Of a stretch of 64,000 nucleotides of DNA, positions 37,371-47,197 are shown one piece after another. Position numbers and translations under genes: made by a program. Origin of the DNA: Thermodesulfobacteriota bacterium. GTDB taxonomy: Bacteria; Desulfobacterota_D; UBA1144; Nemesobacterales; UBA2774. The first letter of the stretch is position 1, and each line of letters opens with the position of its first letter. The notes under the pieces are model-generated. The model saw only the letters and a list, made by a program, of their open reading frames with translations. It did not search any database and was not told where the DNA came from. The stretch is taken from positions 352,001-416,000 of the forward strand of contig OZ244991.1 in NCBI GenBank assembly GCA_965223335.1, given 5' to 3'.

Positions 37371-40043
37371 CTAACTGTTTACTACGGTAAACAGGACCTT
37401 TTTGAGTTCGTTTAGATCGTAGGGTTTTACTATGACGCCGCTAAATCCATATTCCTCGAACTGTGACATGATCGGGTTATCGGAATATCCGCTCGATACG
37501 ATGGCCTTTACCTCCGGATCAATTTCCAGAAGCTGCTTAATAGCCTGCTCGCCCCCCATTCCACCCGGCACAGTCAGGTCTAGTATCACGGCATCGAAGT
37601 TGTCACCTGACTCAACATTTTTCTTGTAAATCTCAATCGCTTGGGACCCGTCCTCAGCATATTCAACATCGTATCCGATATACCTAAGTACTTTACCAGC
37701 GGTCTCACGGATCATCTTCTCATCATCCATAAGCAGTATCCTTCCTTCCTGGCTAGCATCCTTGGATTCGAATTGAGTCTCAGTCTCTTCACTATCTTCC
37801 ACATACTCATTCTCTGAGGCCGGCAGGTAGATGTAGAATGTGGTGCCTTTCCCCTCTTCTGAGTCTACGGTTATTATGCCGTCGTGTTTTTTAATGATTG
37901 AATATGTAGTTGCCAACCCTAGCCCCGTACCCGACTCCTTGGTTGTAAAATAGGGATCAAATATATTGTTCAAATTTTCTTTGGGTATTCCGTAACCCTG
38001 GTCCTCAACAGAAATTTTCACAAAATTATCCGCGACAGTATTGCCGATTTTTTGCCCCTTAACCTTTACATTCTCGGCCTTGACATGTATCACACCACCG
38101 TTTTCCATAGCCTGGTTAGCGTTTATTAACAGATTGTTTATCACCTGGCTGATCTGTCCTTCATCAATGTCCACCGGCCACAGGTTCGAATCCAATGTGA
38201 ACTGACATTTAGTGTTAGAGCCCCTAAGCGACAAACTTGCCGATTCTTTTAGCAGCTCTACAATCGATACCGTTTTTTTAATCGGCACCCCGCCCTTTGC
38301 AAAAGTTAAGAACCTATGCGTAAGGTCCTTTGCTCTCAAAGTGGCTTTCTCAATCTCGTTTAATCTCAAGTAAGTATGGTCGGTTTCATCCAACCCGCTC
38401 TTTGCAAGAGAGGTGTTTGACATTATTGCAGTGAGAATATTGTTAAAATCATGGGCTATGCCTCCTGCGAGAGAGCCTAAAGACTCTAGCTTCTGGGCCC
38501 GGTGCATCTCTTCCTCGGCCCACTTTCTCTCGGTAATATCGATCGCGGTCCCTATAAACCCGGTAAAACTATTATCTTCCAAAAACCTCGGTGTGCCGTG
38601 GTCAAGCAGCCAGCGGTATTCCCCATCGGCCCTTTGCAGCCTGTACTCTATTTTGAATTCATTCTTATTCTCAAATGCATTTGAGCGCACCTCGAATAAC
38701 TCCTTACGGTCCTCGGGGTGAATGCCTTCAAGCCACCCTTTTCCGACCTCCTCACCCAAGGATTTTCCTCTATATTCAAGCCATATCTTATTAAAATACG
38801 AGTTCAAATTATCTGTCCCGGCCATCCAAATCATTACCGGTGCAGTATCGGCCATCGTTCGGAATCGTCTTTCGCTCTCCCTAAGAGCTTCTTCTATGTT
38901 TCTGCGCTCTGTGATCTCCTGCTTGAGAAGTGCATTTGTTTTTGAGAGTTCAGAAGTCCTTTCCTTAACCCTTTGTTCCAATGTCATGTGTGCATTTCTA
39001 AGCGCTTCTTCCGCCTTTTTGCTCTCAGAAATATCGTGGATAATACATATATAAATCTGACGATTGCCAAGCATTGTGTGACTGACAGAAAGATAAATAG
39101 GGAATGTGGAATTTTCGTATCTTATGCCTGTCATCTCCGCACTACGTAAATGCTTGATCTCTATATGGCTTCTTTTACCGTCCATAGTAGCTAGGAGAGA
39201 ATTTATGTTCTTTCCCCTTATGTCACTAGCCTTATACTTAAACATCTTCTCGGCTGTACGGTTAAAAGATTCGATGTTTCCCATCTCGTTAGTAGTGATT
39301 ACTCCGTCCGCTGCAGTCTCTACGATCACACGGGTGTAAGCCTCGGCCTCTTTTAGCTTGAACATTTCCTGTCTTATTCTATTTACCATAGGGTAGAAAA
39401 CCAGAAGACCCATTAATATCAGCACTAAGATGTATGCGACTAAAACCGCTTTCTCAAAAAACTTGAGTCGTTCAGTGTACCACTGGGCTTCGAGCACATA
39501 CTGGTGCTGCAAAGAGTTAAGCCCCCTTAGCAGATCACCGTTCATAGAGGTTATATAGACCACGTGTTTGTTGTCTTTATTTAGTTCGGAAGGCTTTGAA
39601 GACGCAAACGCTTTTGCCTCTTTTAGGTAGTCTTTAACATAGGCGTCCAATAATATGGGTGTGCTGAAATAAATGTCGTGAATTTTCTTAGAATGTGTGG
39701 TCGGCAGTTTTCTTTCGGTACCGCCCTTGGTAAGAGCGATATGCAGCTCCTCCATCTTGCTTATAGCCGCTTTGAGCTCTTCTCTGGTCTCTTTCTGTGC
39801 TTTCTTGTTAGGGGCTTCAACCAGTTTTAGAGACAGGTACGCAATACGCTGCGACAAAACACTTTGTTTGACACTAACACCTATTACCGCAGAGCTGGTC
39901 TCCAGTCTCCCGGTTGTTTTTTCGATGATCTTATAAGACGCTGTAGACAACACGGCCAATAAACCCAAAACAACAAGGTACCGTATTGCCATTGCACTAG
40001 ACGAGCTCTCAGCCGTATTATTTCTACTCAAAATCCACCTCAA
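37371..40043 (-). CDS. Hybrid sensor histidine kinase (periplasmic PilJ/NarX-like sensor, two PAS, HisKA, HATPase, receiver)
   Basis: Two TM helices, PAS motifs (GIHPEDR, EYRLQRADGEYRW), AGGIAHDFNNIL, FDPYFTTK, GTGLGL and receiver ILDLTVPG. Confidence 0.93.
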   Translation of the reverse strand: MRWILSRNNTAESSSSAMAIRYLVVLGLLAVLSTASYKIIEKTTGRLETSSAVIGVSVKQSVLSQRIAYLSLKLVEAPNKKAQKETREELKAAISKMEELHIALTKGGTERKLPTTHSKKIHDIYFSTPILLDAYVKDYLKEAKAFASSKPSELNKDNKHVVYITSMNGDLLRGLNSLQHQYVLEAQWYTERLKFFEKAVLVAYILVLILMGLLVFYPMVNRIRQEMFKLKEAEAYTRVIVETAADGVITTNEMGNIESFNRTAEKMFKYKASDIRGKNINSLLATMDGKRSHIEIKHLRSAEMTGIRYENSTFPIYLSVSHTMLGNRQIYICIIHDISESKKAEEALRNAHMTLEQRVKERTSELSKTNALLKQEITERRNIEEALRESERRFRTMADTAPVMIWMAGTDNLNSYFNKIWLEYRGKSLGEEVGKGWLEGIHPEDRKELFEVRSNAFENKNEFKIEYRLQRADGEYRWLLDHGTPRFLEDNSFTGFIGTAIDITERKWAEEEMHRAQKLESLGSLAGGIAHDFNNILTAIMSNTSLAKSGLDETDHTYLRLNEIEKATLRAKDLTHRFLTFAKGGVPIKKTVSIVELLKESASLSLRGSNTKCQFTLDSNLWPVDIDEGQISQVINNLLINANQAMENGGVIHVKAENVKVKGQKIGNTVADNFVKISVEDQGYGIPKENLNNIFDPYFTTKESGTGLGLATTYSIIKKHDGIITVDSEEGKGTTFYIYLPASENEYVEDSEETETQFESKDASQEGRILLMDDEKMIRETAGKVLRYIGYDVEYAEDGSQAIEIYKKNVESGDNFDAVILDLTVPGGMGGEQAIKQLLEIDPEVKAIVSSGYSDNPIMSQFEEYGFSGVIVKPYDLNELKKVLFTVVNS

Positions 40044-40352
40044 ATCTCTACGCTAGCACTCTATGTCAGGTATTATAATTCCATATTCCCATCAATTGAG
40101 TACAAAACTTCCTACATTAATTATATGGCAAAACACGTGCCATTAGTCAAATAATTTTTGTCGATTATAAGAAAACGATCTATATATATAAACTCCTGCG
40201 ATTCTTGAGGAATCTGCAAACTCCCGCCGGTTTTCTCATCACTATGACATAATGTGTGTTCTCGATTGTGCCGCTGGGTGCCATATTTTGTCTAAAACTA
40301 TCAATAATTTCAGTGCTTCCCCGAGTATTCTTATAAAACACACACCGGTGGA

Positions 40353-40380
40353 TTGACAAAATATACCGTTAAACTAGAAT
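40353..40380 (+). promoter_or_regulatory. Putative sigma70 promoter of the ECF sigma gene
   Basis: TTGACA-N16-TAGAAT overlapping the ATG at 40379, suggesting the real start is ATG 40409 or 40415; CACCGGTG palindrome just upstream. Confidence 0.45.
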
Positions 40381-40981
40381 GGTCAACAATAGCACCAATA
40401 AAACCATTATGCCAATGCAACCCAACCAGCCAGACGATCTCAAACTAATAGAAAAAATAACAGATAAGGACAAAAAGGCTTTTGAACAGCTCTACAACAA
40501 ATATTCCCAGACGATTTATAACCTGGCATATAGAATATTTAACAACAAGGAAGAGGCCTCAGAGGCTACCCAAGATATCTTTCTACAGGTTTGGTCCAAA
40601 GCCCCGTCCTATGACCACAAACGTGCAAGAGTATCCACATGGATCATGACAATAGCCCGAACCAGATGCATCGACAGGCTAAGAGCCGGCTCAAAACATA
40701 GTCGAAATTACGAATTAAACGAGGAAATAGTGAACTCAAACAGTGTTATCTCTCGTATCTTAGATGTAGAGTATGAACAAAAGGAGATTATTAAGAAAGC
40801 GCTAGAAGCACTACCCGACAATCAACGAAAAGCCATTGAAACGGTATACTTCGAGGGACTAACGCACCACGAAACAGCAGTGAAGCTCGGGGTACCGGTG
40901 GGTACTATAAAAACAAGGATACGCCTAGGTGTTATAAAATTACGAGAATTTCTGGCCGAATATTACGAGGACATCAAATAG
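40379..40981 (+). CDS. ECF RNA polymerase sigma factor (SigK-like)
   Basis: Region 2 QDIFLQVWSKA...STWIMTIARTRCID and region 4 YFEGLTHHE...VPVGTIKTRIR. Confidence 0.93.
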   Translation: MVNNSTNKTIMPMQPNQPDDLKLIEKITDKDKKAFEQLYNKYSQTIYNLAYRIFNNKEEASEATQDIFLQVWSKAPSYDHKRARVSTWIMTIARTRCIDRLRAGSKHSRNYELNEEIVNSNSVISRILDVEYEQKEIIKKALEALPDNQRKAIETVYFEGLTHHETAVKLGVPVGTIKTRIRLGVIKLREFLAEYYEDIK

Positions 40982-41752
40982 ATGGGACATAGTGTAGAAC
41001 ACGAAGAGCTCATAGCATTATACCTGCTAGGGGCTCTGGACAAAGATGAAGCCCAAGAGCTAAGCGATCACCTAAAATCGGGGTGTGAGATATGCGAGAG
41101 AACTATTGCTGAGACCAATGCAGTATTATCAGTGCTCCCCTACTCACTTGATGACACCGAGGTACCCGACTCTATTAAACGCGACCTTCTCAAAAAAATT
41201 AATGACGAACACCACACAGATTCAAACAGCGTTCCACTACTAGGGTTCAACGTCGCTTTAGGTTGGCTTAACTGGGCAGGTGCACTGGCCCTCCTATTTA
41301 TAACTCTGCTACTGTTTAATAATATGTTTCTATACAATAAATTAAAGCTACAACAACACTCAATTGCTCGGTTGAGCAACGAGTTCGAGCACAAGACCAA
41401 GCTTATAGAGTTTATGCATCAACCATCGGTGCTTACAATAAGCCTCGCAAGTGATACCATGGATAATATGACAGGGATGCTGCTTTGGGATACAGACACC
41501 AACCGGGCCTTGCTTTATGTACCGGAAATACCCCTTACGACCGAGAGCAAATCCTATCAGTTCTGGGTTATGGAACACGGTGAACCCCATAGCATGGGCA
41601 CATTCCAAGTTAACACAAACGGTTCGATTGTAATGAAGGTCGATTGTATGCCCAAACCAGAAGACGCAGGTAGCATGTTTATCACTCTTGAGCCCAAAGG
41701 CGGGATGCCCAAACCCACAGGTGCAACATACCTCGTGGGTTCTCTTAAGTAG
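40982..41752 (+). CDS. Anti-sigma factor (zinc-binding N-terminus, TM helix, RskA-type C-terminal domain)
   Basis: LYLLGALD...HLKSGCEIC, one TM helix, YQFW and ITLEPKGGMPKPTG; starts immediately after the sigma stop codon. Confidence 0.88.
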   Translation: MGHSVEHEELIALYLLGALDKDEAQELSDHLKSGCEICERTIAETNAVLSVLPYSLDDTEVPDSIKRDLLKKINDEHHTDSNSVPLLGFNVALGWLNWAGALALLFITLLLFNNMFLYNKLKLQQHSIARLSNEFEHKTKLIEFMHQPSVLTISLASDTMDNMTGMLLWDTDTNRALLYVPEIPLTTESKSYQFWVMEHGEPHSMGTFQVNTNGSIVMKVDCMPKPEDAGSMFITLEPKGGMPKPTGATYLVGSLK

Positions 41753-41777
41753 TTAAGAACTGTGTTGGAGGTCTTAG

Positions 41778-43127
41778 ATGACAAAGAGCGCCAAAGATAT
41801 AGACACACTAAACAGTAAGCTTAAAGAACACTTCGCAATAATATCGAAATGCACAGCGGACACAAAAAAATATGGCAGAGTCTTGCTGGCGTCCCCACCC
41901 ACCTCGCGTTATCCATATGTGTACCCAAGGGATACTAGCTGTGCTATGCAGCTCTTCAGGAGAGTTGCCGGGTCCAGTAACGGATACGACGTTGCCCCAG
42001 ATGCATTTAAAATCATGGAATCCATGGCGTACTTTATGAAAGAGGCCATATCCGAAGAAGGCTCATGGGGCCAGCGCTACAGCCTAGATACCGAGGACAA
42101 GAGCATATACAAGCAGGAGGACAACGTCGCACACGGCATATCTATAATCTGCAACTACCTGCTCACCGCCAATTATTTAAAAAAAGATATACCCGGACTC
42201 GATAAATACCTAAACTGCATCAACAACGCTTTGGATTACAGCTACCGCGTGCTCTATGAGAAGGAGCTAAATCTCTTTTACTCCACTACATCGGTACACG
42301 AATCGTCCATGGAGCAGGGCTACACATGCTGGGTAAATTTTTCGTTCCTATACGCTTATTCCCTGGCTAGCGAAGTCGCTAATGTGTTTAATAGCCAGAA
42401 CATTATCTCACCGAACCATCTTAGTTTCCGACACCACTTTTTATATTCGGTAAGCGAGCTGTTTATGTCGGGCAACAGGTATGTGAGGCGTACAGACCCC
42501 GAGGGCAACATCGATAACAGGCCCGACTTCACACTGCTAAGCCCTTTTTACTACGGCTTTCTACACTATAAACAGCAGATGGAAAACAGTGTGCACTTTA
42601 TCGAGAAGCAGCTATGGGACCCAGAGCTGGGAATGATGATGAGGTACCTACCCTTTTATAAAGACTTTGCCACACATGTCCATGCCGGCAACGGCCCCTG
42701 GCTTCAATACACTGCTATACTCGCACAGTTCCACTACTGGAACCAAAACATCGGCAGGGGGGACGAAATATTAAAGATCATAGACTCTTATAAAAATGAC
42801 AACGGTGAGATACCCGAGCACCTATCGACCTGCAGGAGGTTCGAAGAGTTTATGGAGCGCGAGTGGAAAACAGGCATAGATTTCGAAAAAGAATTCTATA
42901 AACCGATATTGCTGGACAATGTCGATTTCAACAAAATCCTCGAAGAAGCCAATAACATGAAAAGCTCGTATGAAGAAACAGGCAGCAGATGCATCTTCCG
43001 TGACGACAGCAGTGCCGAGGGCGGTTATATCCAGTTCGCCACCCCACTGATGTGGTCCCATGTGGAGTATGCCAGAGCTTTATTAGTTAGGGCCGGTGAT
43101 TGGTGGAAAATTCGCAGAGAAGAATAG
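41778..43127 (+). CDS. Glycoside hydrolase family 15-like (six-hairpin) protein
   Basis: YPYVYPRD, QEDN, GNGPW, GEIPEHL and ATPLMWSHVEY motifs; GGAGG RBS; no signal peptide. Confidence 0.8.
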   Translation: MTKSAKDIDTLNSKLKEHFAIISKCTADTKKYGRVLLASPPTSRYPYVYPRDTSCAMQLFRRVAGSSNGYDVAPDAFKIMESMAYFMKEAISEEGSWGQRYSLDTEDKSIYKQEDNVAHGISIICNYLLTANYLKKDIPGLDKYLNCINNALDYSYRVLYEKELNLFYSTTSVHESSMEQGYTCWVNFSFLYAYSLASEVANVFNSQNIISPNHLSFRHHFLYSVSELFMSGNRYVRRTDPEGNIDNRPDFTLLSPFYYGFLHYKQQMENSVHFIEKQLWDPELGMMMRYLPFYKDFATHVHAGNGPWLQYTAILAQFHYWNQNIGRGDEILKIIDSYKNDNGEIPEHLSTCRRFEEFMEREWKTGIDFEKEFYKPILLDNVDFNKILEEANNMKSSYEETGSRCIFRDDSSAEGGYIQFATPLMWSHVEYARALLVRAGDWWKIRREE

Positions 43128-43185
43128 GATGTGTGCCGAAGTAGAACAAAATTAATTTTTCATGCGGTTCATTTAGCCTTAATCT

Positions 43186-43995
43186 ATGCAGGACGGAGCC
43201 CTATCAATGAGAAAATATCCTTATAAATTTATCGAGAAGCACACCATCATATTCATCGGCCTTACACTACTATTGCTCCCTCTCAGTGTTGTCGCAGCCG
43301 ATTTGGATGAGCTTAACAAACCTTATCAAGAAGTTCTTAAATCCTTCGTACAAAACGGGCTCGTAGACTACGGAAGCCTAAAAGACAAAGATGCTATCGA
43401 AAGATTTCTTGAGGAGGGCAGCAAAATAACCCAAAACGAGTTTGGGCAATGGACAGAGGAGGCCAAGCTCGCTTACCTGATCAATCTCTACAATGCATAC
43501 ACACTTAAACTCATAAAGGATCACTACCCGATAAAGAGCATAAAAGATATAAACCTTAAAGGAGCAGGGCCTTGGGATATCCCTATCGTAAAATACCTTG
43601 GCAAGGACATTACGCTTAACCAACTCGAGTACGACATAATCCTAAAGGAATACGATGAACCCAGGGTACATTTTGCTCTGGTCTGTGCCGCATTGGGATG
43701 CCCGGTTCTGCTGAACAAACCGTATACGGGAGAAATGCTGGATACTCAACTCGAGGAACAAACAAAACTGTTCTTAGGGGATAAAACAAAAAACTACTAC
43801 GAGCAAGGCAAAAACACCTTACACCTATCACCCATATTCAAATGGTTTGGGCCCCAGTTCGATACTAAGTACGGCTCAGTTCTCGAATTTGTAACACCAC
43901 ACATCCCGGGGCTAGAAGACGCGAGAGGAGCGGGTCAAGCTGTAAGCATCGAATACACGGATTACGATTGGTCTCTAAATGATATAACAAAATAG
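43186..43995 (+). CDS. DUF547 domain exported protein
   Basis: GLVDY, LAYLINLYNAYT, EPRVHFALVCAALGCP, LSPIFKWF and YDWSLN motifs. Start probably ATG 43207. Confidence 0.92.
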   Translation: MQDGALSMRKYPYKFIEKHTIIFIGLTLLLLPLSVVAADLDELNKPYQEVLKSFVQNGLVDYGSLKDKDAIERFLEEGSKITQNEFGQWTEEAKLAYLINLYNAYTLKLIKDHYPIKSIKDINLKGAGPWDIPIVKYLGKDITLNQLEYDIILKEYDEPRVHFALVCAALGCPVLLNKPYTGEMLDTQLEEQTKLFLGDKTKNYYEQGKNTLHLSPIFKWFGPQFDTKYGSVLEFVTPHIPGLEDARGAGQAVSIEYTDYDWSLNDITK

Positions 43996-44066
43996 ATCTT
44001 ATCATTGCACTTACTGCGTATATGGATAGATGTAATTCTAAGTGCTAAGACCATGGAGATTCCTTT

Positions 44067-46457
44067 TTGATACAGGCAATTAGAAACTATACAAAGTGGC
44101 TCCACACACAGTGGCCTGCAGGTATTGTAGAGAAGCTACCCGATGTTAAAGAGGACTATTCCACAAATGTGCCGGGGCTATATATCGTAGGCGACCTCAC
44201 CGGTATCCCACTGCTCAAATTCTCTTCCGATTCCGGTGCCAGGGCCGTCATGAATATACTGAGCGACCCTAAATTTAAACGAGTAGACCCGTCGAACGAC
44301 GACCCCGAGGTTCTCGACCTAGTGATTATCGGAGCCGGGGTCTCTGGGATGGCTGCAGCACTCGAGGCCAAAAAGGAAAACCTCAGATTCGAAATACTCG
44401 AGGCCACAGAGCCTTTTTCCACAATAGTCAACTTCCCCAAGGGCAAACCCATCTACACCTACCCAACAGAGATGATCCCCGAGGGCGATCTACAGTTCAC
44501 AAAGGACGTTAAAGAACCCCTTCTAGAAGAGCTTAAGGCAGAGACTCTAGGCAAGGGAATAAGCCCTAAAATAGCCCATGTCGAAAAGGTTACACGTTCG
44601 GGGGGCAGGTTCGAAATAACTATTCCTAACGGTGAGAACCTGGTTGCAAACAGGGTGATCGTGGGTATAGGGCGCTCGGGCAACTTTAGAAAACTAGGGG
44701 TGGCGGGCGAGGATAAAGACAAGGTTTTTAACCGCCTACACGACCCAATGGATTTTGAGGGGAAGAACGTTTTAGTAGTCGGCGGGGGCGACAGCGCACT
44801 CGAAACATCTATAGCTGTGGCGCGTGCCGGGGGCTTGGTAACCCTATCCTATCGCAAAAAGGAGTTCTCAAGGCCAAAACCCGAAAACCTGGAATGCCTG
44901 AACCTGCTTATTGCAGACCCCATGGCCGATGTGGCCGTAGAAACCCCTGTGTCTGAGAGGATCACCACCAGCACAGGTGATTTTATGCCCAAGGAGCATC
45001 CGCCCGGCAAGATCAACCTGATGATGGAGAGTCGGATAAAAAATATCGGGGACACGGACGTCACTATAGTAGATGCGACGGGCAGTGAGCAAACTCTACT
45101 CAACGATGCGGTGTTTACGATGATCGGGCGCAAGGCCCCTCTCGATTTCTTCAGACGCAGCGGAGTAAACATCAAGGGCGAGTTCAGCATATTGGGTTGG
45201 GCAACACTGGTGCTATCCCTCATATTTTTTACGTTTGTGTACAACTGGAAGGCGGGCGGGTCACTAACAAAGCTGTTCCAGAAAAACGAGTGGTTCCCGT
45301 TTAATCTTCCCAATATATATGCCGGGTTCAGCGAGTCGTTCCAGCAGATGGCAGCCGATCCACAAACACTGATCGGCACTCTTACAACCACTATATCAGA
45401 GCCAGGATTCTATTACTCCCTGCTCTACACACTCATTATAATCATCTTCGGTATCCTACGTATCAGACGCAGGAAAACCCCTTATATCACAGTACAAACC
45501 ATATCACTTACACTCTTTCAGGTAATCCCACTTTTTCTGCTCCCCTACATAGTGCTTCCGTACCTGGGCAATAACGGTGCGTTTGATTCCGGGGTGTGGA
45601 AAACTGTGGCCGACGCACTCTTTCCCGAGGTCAATTACGGACACGGCAGGGCATACTGGCGAGCGTTCGGGTTCATACTGGCCTGGCCGTTATTTATCTG
45701 GAACGTGTTTAGCCAGCAGCCCCTTTGGACATGGCTTGTGATAAGCCTGGTGCAAACCTTTGTTATTATCCCGGTGATTATCTACTACTGGGGCAAGGGG
45801 GCATACTGCGGGTGGATATGCTCGTGCGGGGCTATGGCAGAGACACTCGGAGACACAGAGCGCCATAAAATGCCGCACGGTGCATTCTGGAACAGAATGA
45901 ATATGATAGGCCAGGTTATCCTCGCAATCGCATTTATATTGTTAATTGCTCGTATAGTAAGCTGGGCCTCACCCTCAAGCTATATTGGAGGGGGGTTTAA
46001 CGATCTCTATACCGGCCTCTTATACAGGTGGAAACCGTTTGGCATCCAGCTTAACTACAAATGGTTCGTAGACCTGTTTTTGGCCGGGATCATAGGGTAC
46101 GGGCTCTATTTTTGGTACAGCGGTCGGGTATGGTGCAGGTTCATGTGCCCCCTTGCAGCATTGATGCACATATTTGCACGGTTCAGCAGGTTTAGGATTA
46201 TTGCCGATAAAAAGAAATGCATATCGTGCAATGTATGCACCTCGGTCTGTCACCAGGGTATCGATATAATGAACTTTGCCAATAAGGGGTTGCCCATGAA
46301 CGACCCCGAGTGTGTACGCTGCAGCGCATGTGTGCAGTCCTGTCCCACAGGTGTGCTCCAGTTCGGTCAGGTTAATCCCCGAAATGACGAGGTAATAAGC
46401 ATAGACTCTCTTCAAGCATCCCCAGTAATCATGAGGGAAAAACTAAAACAGAAATAG
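44067..46457 (+). CDS. FAD/NAD(P)-dependent oxidoreductase fused to a membrane 4Fe-4S (NapH/MauN-like) domain
   Basis: TNVPGLYIVGD, IIGAGVSG and VVGGGDSA; multiple TM helices; YCGWICSCG, WCRFMCPL, CISCNVCTSVC and CVRCSACVQSCP. TTG start with GGAG RBS. Confidence 0.88.
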   Translation: MIQAIRNYTKWLHTQWPAGIVEKLPDVKEDYSTNVPGLYIVGDLTGIPLLKFSSDSGARAVMNILSDPKFKRVDPSNDDPEVLDLVIIGAGVSGMAAALEAKKENLRFEILEATEPFSTIVNFPKGKPIYTYPTEMIPEGDLQFTKDVKEPLLEELKAETLGKGISPKIAHVEKVTRSGGRFEITIPNGENLVANRVIVGIGRSGNFRKLGVAGEDKDKVFNRLHDPMDFEGKNVLVVGGGDSALETSIAVARAGGLVTLSYRKKEFSRPKPENLECLNLLIADPMADVAVETPVSERITTSTGDFMPKEHPPGKINLMMESRIKNIGDTDVTIVDATGSEQTLLNDAVFTMIGRKAPLDFFRRSGVNIKGEFSILGWATLVLSLIFFTFVYNWKAGGSLTKLFQKNEWFPFNLPNIYAGFSESFQQMAADPQTLIGTLTTTISEPGFYYSLLYTLIIIIFGILRIRRRKTPYITVQTISLTLFQVIPLFLLPYIVLPYLGNNGAFDSGVWKTVADALFPEVNYGHGRAYWRAFGFILAWPLFIWNVFSQQPLWTWLVISLVQTFVIIPVIIYYWGKGAYCGWICSCGAMAETLGDTERHKMPHGAFWNRMNMIGQVILAIAFILLIARIVSWASPSSYIGGGFNDLYTGLLYRWKPFGIQLNYKWFVDLFLAGIIGYGLYFWYSGRVWCRFMCPLAALMHIFARFSRFRIIADKKKCISCNVCTSVCHQGIDIMNFANKGLPMNDPECVRCSACVQSCPTGVLQFGQVNPRNDEVISIDSLQASPVIMREKLKQK

Positions 46458-46493
46458 ACCCAAACGCTCAGCCGAACCTGTATAATAATCCAA

Positions 46494-47186
46494 ATGAGAC
46501 CAGTTGTTACAGTAATAATCCCCGCTTACAACGAAGAGCTATCGATCGCTAGTGTCATAGACGATATCCCCCGCGAGATTGTTAACGAGATAGTGGTGGT
46601 CAATAACGGCTCCACAGACAACACCGCGGCACTGGCAGAGAGTGTAGGCGCAACGGTCGTCGATGAGAGGAGAAGGGGGTACGGCTCGGCCTGTCTCGGG
46701 GGTATGGATTACATAAGCCGAAACGGTTCCCGGCCCGACATTGTAGTGTTTTTGGACGGTGACTACTCTGACCACCCTGACCAACTGCCAAGCTTGATCG
46801 CACCCATTATTGAAAAAGATATGGACCTCGTGATCGGGTCTAGGAAACTGGGGGTGAGCGAACCGGGGGCAATACTGCCGCAGGCGAGGTTTGGAAACGC
46901 GCTAGCCACAAGCCTAATCAAACTACTATACGGAGTAAGCTTCACCGATTTGGGACCGTTTAGGGCCATTAAGTATGACAAACTTATGGCACTGGACATG
47001 CAGGACAAAACATATGGCTGGACAGTAGAGATGCAGGTAAAGGCAGCCAAATTGGGGCTAAAATGCTGCGAGGTCCCAGTCAGCTATCGAAAGAGGATCG
47101 GGGTCTCTAAGATCACAGGTACAGTAACCGGCTCTGTTAAAGCCGGCTACATGATACTATGGACTATATTTAAGAATTTGTTTTAA
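46494..47186 (+). CDS. Glycosyltransferase family 2 (polyprenol-phosphate glycosyltransferase-like)
   Basis: IIPAYNEE, VNNGSTDNT, FLDGDYSD, DLVIGSR and TDLGPFRAI motifs. Confidence 0.92.
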   Translation: MRPVVTVIIPAYNEELSIASVIDDIPREIVNEIVVVNNGSTDNTAALAESVGATVVDERRRGYGSACLGGMDYISRNGSRPDIVVFLDGDYSDHPDQLPSLIAPIIEKDMDLVIGSRKLGVSEPGAILPQARFGNALATSLIKLLYGVSFTDLGPFRAIKYDKLMALDMQDKTYGWTVEMQVKAAKLGLKCCEVPVSYRKRIGVSKITGTVTGSVKAGYMILWTIFKNLF

Positions 47187-47197
47187 AGGCCGGGCAA

